Under the pieces are notes generated by a model. That model had not been told where the DNA came from, searched no databases, and saw only the letters and a program-made list of their open reading frames with translations. A DNA stretch of 64,000 nt from an uncultured Polyangiaceae bacterium (GTDB lineage: Bacteria > Acidobacteriota > Thermoanaerobaculia > Multivoradales > JAHEKO01), in the NCBI GenBank assembly GCA_964195975.1, contig CAXMQZ010000126.1, positions 14,985-78,984 of the forward strand, read 5' to 3'. This document shows, in pieces, positions 56,396 through 64,000 of this stretch. The position numbers were made by a program, and so were the translations under genes. The stretch's first letter is position 1, and every line of letters begins with the position of its first letter.

Positions 56396-57274
56396 TCAAC
56401 CCGGAGTAACCTCTGCCACGAGCTCGGCCGTAACGCGACGCACCCGGTCTACGTCGTCCTGGTACTTCAAGAGAAAACCCAGCGTGGCTTCGACGGTTTC
56501 GAGCTCGAGTGTTTCCGAATTCAGGTGATCGAGCGCTTCGGCCCAGTCCAAGGTCTCGGACACACCTGGCTGTTTGTAGAGATCCTGAGCGCGTACCGAT
56601 TGCACAAACGCCACGATCTGGCGCGTCAATGCTTCAGGGACATCGGGCAACTTGCGACGTACGATCTCTGTTTCCTTTTCAAGCGAGGGGTATGGGATCC
56701 AGTGGTAGATACACCGCCGTTTCAATGCGTCATGAATCTCGCGCGTCCGGTTCGAAGTGATGATCGTCACCGGCTTGTGTCTTGCCTTGAGTGTCCCGAT
56801 TTCGGGTATCGTCACCTGAAACTCGGATAGCAGCTCGAGCAAGAAGCTCTCGAACTCCTCGTCTGCCCGATCGAGCTCGTCGATGAGCAGTACAGGGGCG
56901 CGATCACGGCTCTGATCGATGGCTTGCAGCAGGGGCCGTTTGAGTAAGAACTCTTCCCTGAAGATGTCTTCGGTCGAAGAGCCACTCTCCCGATGCGCTT
57001 GTATCTCCAGGAGCTGCCGGGGGTAGTTCCACTCGTAAACTGCGTGATTGATATCGAGACCCTCGTAGCACTGGAGTCTAATCAGGGGTGTCTCGAGAGC
57101 CTGGCTGAGGACCTTGGCCACCTCTGTCTTTCCGACCCCGGGCTCCCCCTCCAAAAACAGGGGCCGCTCCATCTTGAGCGCCAAAAACAGGCTCGTCGAC
57201 AGACCGCTGTCTGCGATGTAGGAGAATCGCTCCAGCTCTGATGACGTCTCTTCGATCGAATCAAACATTGCCAA
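56396..57274 (-). CDS. coxD: MoxR-like AAA+ ATPase, CoxD-like
   Basis: The Walker A is GEPGVGKT and the Walker B is LLIDELDRA. Confidence 0.85.
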   Translation of the reverse strand: MAMFDSIEETSSELERFSYIADSGLSTSLFLALKMERPLFLEGEPGVGKTEVAKVLSQALETPLIRLQCYEGLDINHAVYEWNYPRQLLEIQAHRESGSSTEDIFREEFLLKRPLLQAIDQSRDRAPVLLIDELDRADEEFESFLLELLSEFQVTIPEIGTLKARHKPVTIITSNRTREIHDALKRRCIYHWIPYPSLEKETEIVRRKLPDVPEALTRQIVAFVQSVRAQDLYKQPGVSETLDWAEALDHLNSETLELETVEATLGFLLKYQDDVDRVRRVTAELVAEVTPG

Positions 57275-57448
57275 CTCTCACAAGGCTATCAATGAACACT
57301 ATCGCGTCCTCTACTGAGCGTAAGCTCGCCGGGGGCGAATCATCGAGAATCGACTGGGCTTCGATTCATCGATCTGAGTTAGAATTGCGTCTCAGCTCCC
57401 TACTATTGTTGCAGGGCTCAGGGTTCGATTTTCCCAGAGAGGTAGATT

Positions 57449-60145
57449 TTGGATCGAGACACTCTTTCCCACTACAAGATTCTCGAGAAGGTTGGCGCAG
57501 GAGGGATGGGCGAGGTCTATCTAGCCGAAGACACCCAGCTCAAACGCAAGATTGCCCTCAAGGTTCTCAGTACCGAGACCGCCGACAATCCAGAGCGACT
57601 GGCCCGTTTCAAGCGTGAGGCGGAAATGGTGGCGGCGCTCAACCATCCAAACATCGTCACGATCCACTCGGTCGAAGAGGACGATGGAATTCACTTTCTG
57701 ACCATGGAGTGGGTCGAAGGGAAGACTCTCGGCCAGCTCATGTCGACCGGAGCGATGTCGCTCGACAGGGTGTTCGAGCTGGCCATTCCTGCCGCCGATG
57801 CCATCGCAGCGGCGCACGACAAAGGCATCACCCACCGCGATCTGAAACCGGCCAACATCATGGTGACCGACCAGGGCCGGGTCAAGGTCCTGGATTTTGG
57901 CCTGGCGAAGCTGTTCGAACAGACCGAAGGAGACCTGGCCGCCGACCAACCGACCCAGGCGCTGACTCAGGAGGGCTTGGCCGTCGGTACCGTTCCCTAT
58001 ATGTCGCCCGAACAGGTCCGTGGCGACACGGTCGATCAACGCAGCGACATCTTTTCGCTCGGAATCGTCCTTTATGAGATGGTTGCCGGCCAGCGACCCT
58101 TCCAGGGCCAGAGCTCGGCCGATCTCGTCTCGTCGATCCTGCGGGACACACCGACCTCGGTGACCGATTTCAACGCCTCGCTCCCCCACCATCTGGGGCG
58201 AGTGATTCATCGCTGTCTGGAGAAGGATCCAGAGAAACGCTACCAGACCGCAAAGGACGTGCGCAACGAGCTCGAGGGCCTCAAAGGAGAGGTCGAATCG
58301 GGTGTGGCCCGAGTCACCTCTACTTCGATGCCAGTGGCCCCACCTTCGGAGCCCAAGAGCAATTGGTTACCCATAGCCCTGGGTGCTGCTCTGGTCCTGC
58401 TCGGGCTTGGAATCATCTGGATATGGACGGGGCGACCCGATCGTGATGCTGTCACCGAGACTCAGGTGGAACCTGCCGAGAAAGCGATCTCGAGCTCAGC
58501 GAAGGCCGACCGAATCATGGCTGTCGTCTTGCCCTTCGAGAACCTCGGACCCGCCGAGGACGCCTACTTCGCAGCCGGGGTCACCGACGAGATCAGCGGC
58601 CGACTGGCTTCGGTCAGCGGTCTGGGGGTTATCTCCAGAAAAAGCGCCGCGCAGTACGCCCAAACCGACAAATCTATGCAGCAAATCGGAGACGAGCTCG
58701 GCGTCGATTATGTCATCGACGGAACGGTGCGGTGGGCCAAGCAGACCGACGGCTCGAGCCGGGTCCGGATCACTCCGGAGCTGATCGACGTCGCAAACGA
58801 TCAACAGATCTGGACCGAGATCTACGATCGGGAGATCGATGACATCTTCGAAGTCCAAAGTGAGATTGCGGGCCAGGTGATCGACGCTCTGGGCGTCACA
58901 GTTCTGGGCGCGGAGGAGAAAGCGCTGGACGTACGTCCCACCGAAAACGTCGAGGCCTATCAGGCCTTTCTGCGAGCAAGGGAGTACGAGCAGAACATGA
59001 ACCTCACCCAAAATCCTGTGGAGGCGGTAGAGAAGGCCGTCGAGTTGTATCAAAGGGCGGTCGAGCTCGACCCGAGTTTTCTCGAAGCTTGGGGACGTCT
59101 GGCGCAGCGGCAGGCTCTCATTTATGTCAGCTTCGACCGCACCGAGGAGCGACTGGCGCAGGTCAAGCTGGCAGTTGAAGGCGCCAAGGCCATTGGCGAG
59201 GACTTACCCTGGACCCGGCTGGCGCGGGGCTATTATCACTACTACGGGTTCCGGGAATATGGTCTGGCGCTCGAGGAGTTTCTGGCTGCCGCAGAAAGCC
59301 GACCCAACGACCCAGATGTGATCCAGGCTATTGGCTTTATCTACCGCCGCCAGGGCCGTTGGGAAGAGAGTCTGGACCAGCTCAACCGAGCCCTCGAAAT
59401 CGACCCTCAGGACGTGGCCCTGATTATGAACATTGCAGCGATCCATCGTGGGCTGCGTCAGGGCGACAAAGCTATCGAATACTACGACCGAGCCATGGCG
59501 GTGCAGCCGACCGCCGATCAACCCTACTTGAGCAAAGCCGACGATATCGCGGCGCTGACCGGTGATGTGGCAGCCGCTCGTGCTGTCCTCGAAGGCACGC
59601 CCGGGAACAATGCGTTGTTCGTCGACCTAGCCTGGATGTGGCAGGCGGTGCGTGAGCGGGAGTTTTCCAAGGCAGTGGAGATGGCTTCTTCGATCGACCT
59701 CGACGTGCCTGCATGGAAGGCCTTCCAACTCGGCCTTGAAGCCTGGTTCACTTATTTCGATCGAGGTCTCGAGGCCTCTCGAGACAAGCTCGAAGCGGCA
59801 GCCCAGGCCATGGAGGGCATGGTCGAGACCGCACCGAGCAACGCAGATTTTCACTCCGGGCTCTCGACCAGCCTGGCGATGCTCGGTGAGGAGACCAGGG
59901 CGATTCAAGAGGCACGCCTAGCGGTCGACATCGAGGCGAAGGATGCCTTTTCTGGACCGACCCGGCTCGAGAACCTCGCCCAGGTCTACGCCTGGACCGG
60001 GCGGAGCGAGGAGTCGATCGATCTGATCGAGCGGCTACTCACCACCGTCTATGAAGATTCGCTGACCGTGCACAGGTTGCGCCTGGAACCTTGGTGGGAT
60101 CCGCTGCGCGACGATCCGCGTTTTCAAGCACTGATAGCTGACTAG
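57449..60145 (+). CDS. Serine/threonine protein kinase with one TM segment and a C-terminal TPR-repeat domain
   Basis: It has the GxGxxG/VAIK-like region, [10 protein letters not shown] and DFGLAK motifs. A TM helix lies at about aa 310 and a long TPR region follows. Confidence 0.85.
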   Translation: MDRDTLSHYKILEKVGAGGMGEVYLAEDTQLKRKIALKVLSTETADNPERLARFKREAEMVAALNHPNIVTIHSVEEDDGIHFLTMEWVEGKTLGQLMSTGAMSLDRVFELAIPAADAIAAAHDKGITHRDLKPANIMVTDQGRVKVLDFGLAKLFEQTEGDLAADQPTQALTQEGLAVGTVPYMSPEQVRGDTVDQRSDIFSLGIVLYEMVAGQRPFQGQSSADLVSSILRDTPTSVTDFNASLPHHLGRVIHRCLEKDPEKRYQTAKDVRNELEGLKGEVESGVARVTSTSMPVAPPSEPKSNWLPIALGAALVLLGLGIIWIWTGRPDRDAVTETQVEPAEKAISSSAKADRIMAVVLPFENLGPAEDAYFAAGVTDEISGRLASVSGLGVISRKSAAQYAQTDKSMQQIGDELGVDYVIDGTVRWAKQTDGSSRVRITPELIDVANDQQIWTEIYDREIDDIFEVQSEIAGQVIDALGVTVLGAEEKALDVRPTENVEAYQAFLRAREYEQNMNLTQNPVEAVEKAVELYQRAVELDPSFLEAWGRLAQRQALIYVSFDRTEERLAQVKLAVEGAKAIGEDLPWTRLARGYYHYYGFREYGLALEEFLAAAESRPNDPDVIQAIGFIYRRQGRWEESLDQLNRALEIDPQDVALIMNIAAIHRGLRQGDKAIEYYDRAMAVQPTADQPYLSKADDIAALTGDVAAARAVLEGTPGNNALFVDLAWMWQAVREREFSKAVEMASSIDLDVPAWKAFQLGLEAWFTYFDRGLEASRDKLEAAAQAMEGMVETAPSNADFHSGLSTSLAMLGEETRAIQEARLAVDIEAKDAFSGPTRLENLAQVYAWTGRSEESIDLIERLLTTVYEDSLTVHRLRLEPWWDPLRDDPRFQALIAD

Positions 60146-60267
60146 CTACGAGACCACCCCGAATTCGATTCCTGACAAGAAAGAAGTCTCAGGTCACCCT
60201 CGGCCCGATAGAATATGGTCGAACTCTCAGCGCCCTTCATCAGCGCCCATGTAGGGAGGATCTCCAA

Positions 60268-61575
60268 GTGCACAGAAGTAACCAAATAAAGATCTCGTTT
60301 CTAGTCCTCTACACCTGTTGTCTGCTGGCAATTGGACCAGCTCTGCCAGCCCAGGACAACCAGAAGATCGTCTGGATCGCCCATTACAAGGCCGATTGTG
60401 TCGGTGTCGGTCCCCAGAAGTGCTATCTCATCAAAGACAACATGTATGACCCCTGGAAACTCTGGTACGACGAGATTGAGCGACTCGATTGGGAGGAGGG
60501 GTTCGCCTACGAGGTCGTGGTGGCAGAGGAACAGGTTCCCAATGCGCCGGCCGATGCCTCCTCGGTACGACTCCGGGTGGTCGAGCTTCTGACGATGATC
60601 AATGCCAACTCTCCTTCGACGGCGCTACCGCCAGAGCTGGCCGATCTGCCACCCCAGGGCCAAGCACTCGGTGCAACCGAAGTGGTTACCGAGGAGGTCG
60701 TCATGGTTCAGGTAGAGACGGGCCCTGGAACCACGGAACCCGTGACCATGGAAACAGAGGTCGTAGAAACGACCGTTGTTGCCGTCGAGGAACAAGCCGA
60801 GAAACAGGCGGTCCTCGAGGTACAGACTGAGCCCGTAGCTCCGCAGCCGACCGTGACTCCGCAGCCCACCGTAGCTCCGCAGCCCACGGCTCCAAGTCCG
60901 CCTCCTCCACCACCTGCGCCTGTCGCGACACCCGAGCCTCCCGCAACGACCGCCAGCACGATCCCAGAGGAAGAGCTTCAAACCTACCGCGGCCATCTGA
61001 CAATAGGCGTCGGGCTCGAGACGAGAAGCTTCAAGATCTGTGGCGCGGAGACCGGAGTCTGGATCGAGGACAAATCTGATGACGATCTGTGGATAACCTA
61101 CCGCGAGTTGTCGGGCTATCCCAATCGGTCGGTGTTCATGGTCGTACATGGCGATCTGGGTCCCGCACCATCGTCGGGTTTTGGTGCCCACTATGACCAA
61201 CAGTTGATAGTTACGGATCTACGAGAAGCGGCTACCGAGGGTCCTGGTTGCTCTGAATCTGAAGAGGTGGGCGATATCGATTTCGTCGCCTTCGGCAACG
61301 AGCCCTTCTGGCGAGTCGAGATCTCACCCGGTGGGATCGTCTACTCTGAAGCAGGTGGAGCCGAAATCTGGTTCCCCTACAAAGAGCCCTTCGCCTCGCA
61401 GACCAAGCGGGTTTACTGGGGTGCGTCCGAGGACGGTTCTGCCCACAAGATTCAAGTGTCGATCGAAGAGCGGCAATGTCGGGACACCATGGCGGACGCT
61501 CAATACAGCTTCACGGCAACCATCATGATCAACGACCGCGAGCTGGCCGGCTGTGCCCGGATCGGCGCGCCCTAG
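60268..61575 (+). CDS. Secreted protein with a Pro/Thr/Val-rich repetitive linker between two Cys-containing globular domains
   Basis: It has a signal peptide and the repetitive PQPTVTPQPTVAPQPTAPSPPPPPPAPV linker. Confidence 0.5.
   Translation: MHRSNQIKISFLVLYTCCLLAIGPALPAQDNQKIVWIAHYKADCVGVGPQKCYLIKDNMYDPWKLWYDEIERLDWEEGFAYEVVVAEEQVPNAPADASSVRLRVVELLTMINANSPSTALPPELADLPPQGQALGATEVVTEEVVMVQVETGPGTTEPVTMETEVVETTVVAVEEQAEKQAVLEVQTEPVAPQPTVTPQPTVAPQPTAPSPPPPPPAPVATPEPPATTASTIPEEELQTYRGHLTIGVGLETRSFKICGAETGVWIEDKSDDDLWITYRELSGYPNRSVFMVVHGDLGPAPSSGFGAHYDQQLIVTDLREAATEGPGCSESEEVGDIDFVAFGNEPFWRVEISPGGIVYSEAGGAEIWFPYKEPFASQTKRVYWGASEDGSAHKIQVSIEERQCRDTMADAQYSFTATIMINDRELAGCARIGAP
60835..60888 (+). 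repeat. Three tandem 18-bp repeats (GTAGCTCCGCAGCCGACC-like) encoding the (V/T)(A/T)PQPT repeats inside the CDS
   Basis: The repeats were read directly from the sequence. Confidence 0.7.
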
Positions 61576-61585
61576 TAGGTTCCGG

Positions 61586-62164
61586 CTACTGGGGCTTCCA
61601 GACCTCGTGCAGGTGGAGCCACTCGACCCCGTTGGGCGCTCGAGTGTCGACTCCGAAAAGGACGCTGCTCAGACGAACGGCAGTCTCTCCATTGACCTCT
61701 TGCCACTCCTCGTAGCTGAAAAGGACCACGTTGTCCTCGGCGTGAAGCCGGCGCATATTTTCGATCCAGATGCGACCCGGATTGTCCTTCCACTGTCCGT
61801 AGACCGATCGTAGGCCCGCCACGAGTCCGTCCCGCTCAGCAACCTTTCCTTCGGGGCCGATCAGCTCGAACCGAGATCCCAGCGCATCATCGAGCCGGGC
61901 AAAGGACTCGTCGTTGTCGGGGATGACCGCATTGAACCAGTCCTGGAAGAATTGATGGAGCTCGACGATCTCGATCCTGCAATTCTCGTCCATGTTTTCC
62001 CCTTGAGCTGACGACGTCGGGGCTGGCGATGGCGGAGCTGATGAACGTGGATCTGATGAGGCCAAATCTGATGAGCACAGAGCCGGTGCGCCCGTGGCTG
62101 CCGCAAGTGCCGCCAACCCGACCCATCCTACGAAAACCGGAACCACACTGATCAGCGCTCGCAT
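61586..62164 (-). CDS. Secreted NTF2-like (DUF4440/SnoaL-like) protein
   Basis: I placed the start at the ATG at 62164 (MRALISVVPVFVGWVGLAALAAA signal peptide). The C-terminal fold is NTF2-like. Confidence 0.45.
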   Translation of the reverse strand: MRALISVVPVFVGWVGLAALAAATGAPALCSSDLASSDPRSSAPPSPAPTSSAQGENMDENCRIEIVELHQFFQDWFNAVIPDNDESFARLDDALGSRFELIGPEGKVAERDGLVAGLRSVYGQWKDNPGRIWIENMRRLHAEDNVVLFSYEEWQEVNGETAVRLSSVLFGVDTRAPNGVEWLHLHEVWKPQ

Positions 62165-62249
62165 GTCGGGACCGAGTCTATCGGTTTTCCACCTTGGCCG
62201 AGTCCCCTTCCGGGACCGACACTGTGGTCTAATCCAGATCAACTCAACG

Positions 62250-62984
62250 ATGCTGAAAGCAACCCAGATCAGCAAGAGCTATCCCGGCGGGGTCCAGGCC
62301 CTGGCCGAGGTGAGTCTCTGCGTCAACCGGAGCGAAACCGTCGCGCTGATCGGTGAGAGCGGGTCCGGCAAGACCACGCTGCTGCGTTGTTTCAACCTTC
62401 TGACGGAGCCCGACTCGGGTCTTATCGAGATCGAAGGCCAGTCGATCCTCGGCCGGGATCCCACCGTTCTTCGTCGACAAATCGGCTATGTGCCGCAAGA
62501 TGGCGGGTTGATGCCCCACTGGACCGTCGAGCGCAACGTGCAGTTGGTTCCAACGCTTCAGGGCTGGGAACCGGACCGGGTCCGGGATCAGACGGCGCAA
62601 ATGCTCGAGCTGGTCGGCTTGAATCCCGACACTTTCGCCAGCCGCTATCCGAGCGAGCTGTCGGGCGGGCAGCGTCAGCGGGTGGCGATCGCCCGGGCCC
62701 TGGCGGCCGACCCCGAGGTGGTACTGCTGGATGAGCCCTTCGGAGCCCTCGACGCCATTACTCGACACGAGCTTCGGGAGGAGTTCGCAGATCTCAAGGA
62801 CCGACTTGGAAAAACAACGCTACTCGTGACCCACGATCTCGTCGAGGCCTTTCGTCTAGCCGATCGTGTTGGTGTCATGCACTCCGGTCGAATGCTCCAG
62901 GTGGCCCGGCCCCAGGACCTGATCACAGACCCGGCCGACCCTTATGTCACCGAACTGCTCGCGCGAGGAGGAGTCGTTGGCTAG
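62250..62984 (+). CDS. ABC transporter ATP-binding protein (osmoprotectant/quaternary-amine type, no CBS domains)
   Basis: The Walker A is GESGSGKTT, the ABC signature LSGGQRQRVAIARAL and the Walker B VVLLDEPFGALD. I placed the start at the ATG at 62250. Confidence 0.85.
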   Translation: MLKATQISKSYPGGVQALAEVSLCVNRSETVALIGESGSGKTTLLRCFNLLTEPDSGLIEIEGQSILGRDPTVLRRQIGYVPQDGGLMPHWTVERNVQLVPTLQGWEPDRVRDQTAQMLELVGLNPDTFASRYPSELSGGQRQRVAIARALAADPEVVLLDEPFGALDAITRHELREEFADLKDRLGKTTLLVTHDLVEAFRLADRVGVMHSGRMLQVARPQDLITDPADPYVTELLARGGVVG

Positions 62985-64000
62985 GTTGGCGCTGGTGTTC
63001 ACGGCGCTGGTCTTCAGGGCACTGGTGTTCACGCTTCTGGTAGCGGCCTCGGCGCCCTTGCCAGCTCGAGCCGATGGAACCGTAGTCGTAGGCTCGAAGA
63101 ACTTCGAGGAGAGCCGCCTGCTGGCCGAGATCTTTGCGCAGCTTCTCGAAGCGAAGACCAACCTCGAAGTCGAACGGCGATTCGGGTTGGCGGGAACTCA
63201 GATCTGTTTCGAAGCACTCAAGACCGGCGCCCTGGATCTCTATCCCGAGTACACCGGGACCGGGTTGGCGAGCCTGCTCGGAGAACAACCGATCGGCGAT
63301 GCCTCCACAACGTTTCTCGAAGTACGACGCCAGTTTCTGGAGCGGTGGGACCTCTGGTGGCTCGATCCTCTCGGGTTTGAAAACGCCTATGAGATAGCGG
63401 TCCGCGGCGACCTGGCTCGAGAAAAGGATCTTTCTACAATCTCCGATCTCGCTCGAGTCTCAGCCGATCTGACTGCCGGGCTTGGCTTCGAATTCATCGA
63501 GCGCCAAGATGGCCTACCGGGTCTGGCTCAGACCTACGGACTCGAGTTCGACAAGGTTCAACCGCTACAGCAGGCGCTGAAATACCAAGCTGCGGTTGCG
63601 GGCGATATTCAAGTGCTCGACGTCTACACGACCGACGGCCGTCTGGACCTCTATGACCTGAAGGTTCTCGAGGATGACCAGGGCTTTTTTCCTCCCTACG
63701 AGGCAGCCCCCCTGGTGCGAGCAGATACTCTCGAAGCGTACCCGGAGATCGGATTCGCTCTCGGGTTACTAGCCGGCGCCTTCGATGAGTCGACCATGCG
63801 CGATCTCAACTTGCGTCTTCAGGAACAGGGAGACTCGGAAGCCACGGTCGCGACCGATGCGCTCGTCGCGTTGGGTCTGATCGAAGCCTCCTCTACCACC
63901 GTCGCACCTAGTCGGCCGAGGAATATCTTCGGCACCATGTGGGCGACTCGCGGACGTCTCGGCCAGCAGACAGCGCGACACTTGTTACTCACACTGGGTG
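62977..64000 (+). CDS. Glycine-betaine/choline-type ABC substrate-binding protein, apparently continuing into a permease domain (3' end off the window)
   Basis: The OpuAC-family region is TQICFEALKTGALDLYPEYTGTG. I placed the start at the TTG at 62977, just after GGAGGAG, overlapping the ATPase stop. The terminal residues resemble a permease N-terminus. Confidence 0.75.
   Translation, partial: MARLALVFTALVFRALVFTLLVAASAPLPARADGTVVVGSKNFEESRLLAEIFAQLLEAKTNLEVERRFGLAGTQICFEALKTGALDLYPEYTGTGLASLLGEQPIGDASTTFLEVRRQFLERWDLWWLDPLGFENAYEIAVRGDLAREKDLSTISDLARVSADLTAGLGFEFIERQDGLPGLAQTYGLEFDKVQPLQQALKYQAAVAGDIQVLDVYTTDGRLDLYDLKVLEDDQGFFPPYEAAPLVRADTLEAYPEIGFALGLLAGAFDESTMRDLNLRLQEQGDSEATVATDALVALGLIEASSTTVAPSRPRNIFGTMWATRGRLGQQTARHLLLTLG

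Noticed and set aside
57521-58210. 229-aa minus-strand ORF
   Set aside because: It is antisense to the Ser/Thr kinase catalytic domain.
60625-61200. 191-aa minus-strand ORF and other antisense ORFs in the Pro-rich protein gene
   Set aside because: They are antisense to the repeat-containing secreted protein and their composition is driven by the repeat.
62244-62768. 174-aa minus-strand ORF
   Set aside because: It is antisense to the ABC ATPase, which has Walker A/B and signature motifs.
1-64000. Search for tRNA, rRNA, CRISPR arrays, IS elements, integrases or phage genes
   Set aside because: The short intergenic regions contain no cloverleaf-like segments, no regularly spaced direct repeats, and no transposase, integrase or phage-like ORFs. 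The only repeats are the palindromic/MITE-like pair, the 13-bp triple repeat at 48241 and the in-CDS 18-bp repeats at 60835.

Overview
This 64 kb window is a high-GC, gene-dense chromosomal segment from a diderm bacterium: it encodes an outer-membrane porin, MltD, a tripartite RND pump and an MsbA-like exporter. Genes sit on both strands, many with GTG/TTG starts. I found no rRNA, tRNA, CRISPR array, transposase or integrase. The main blocks, in order, are as follows. (1) 1-7.7 kb is a peptide/hydroxyproline catabolic island (D-amino-acid dehydrogenase, Cys/Cys proline-racemase-family epimerase, Xaa-Pro aminopeptidase, secreted HExxH metalloprotease, aminopeptidase N). (2) A fatty-acid desaturase, MltD, a porin and a glycine-zipper lipoprotein follow. 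(3) 13.6-21.5 kb is an MdtABC-like RND efflux operon with one adaptor and two permeases. (4) Next is an esterase / ATP-grasp / esterase module beside a PLP dehydratase, then the RhlE DEAD-box helicase. (5) A B12-radical-SAM enzyme, a sulfatase-like lipoprotein, a polytopic membrane protein and an FAD oxidoreductase form a putative envelope-modification cluster. (6) A CDGSH iron-sulfur protein is followed by an M20 peptidase, BtpA and a pseudouridine kinase/glycosidase operon. (7) A secreted S1-like protease is followed by a 275-bp MITE-like element with perfect 25-bp terminal inverted repeats; the same palindromic core recurs as a solo hairpin at 9.0 kb. (8) An Arc-RHH / SPFH / small-membrane-protein operon is followed by an LPS-kinase-like gene, an ICMT-family methyltransferase and MsbA-like ABC, plus an acyl-CoA dehydrogenase carrying a TerB-like N-domain. 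(9) 49.5-57.3 kb is a complete form I aerobic CO-dehydrogenase cluster (coxD-like MoxR, coxE-like vWA, coxG, coxM, coxS, coxL with the AYRCSFR motif, and an XdhC-type maturation factor fused to a YHS metal-binding domain). (10) The window ends with a Ser/Thr kinase with TPR repeats, two secreted proteins and the start of a glycine-betaine-type ABC importer. Many six-frame ORFs in the track are antisense or out-of-frame artefacts of the high GC content, and I rejected them.
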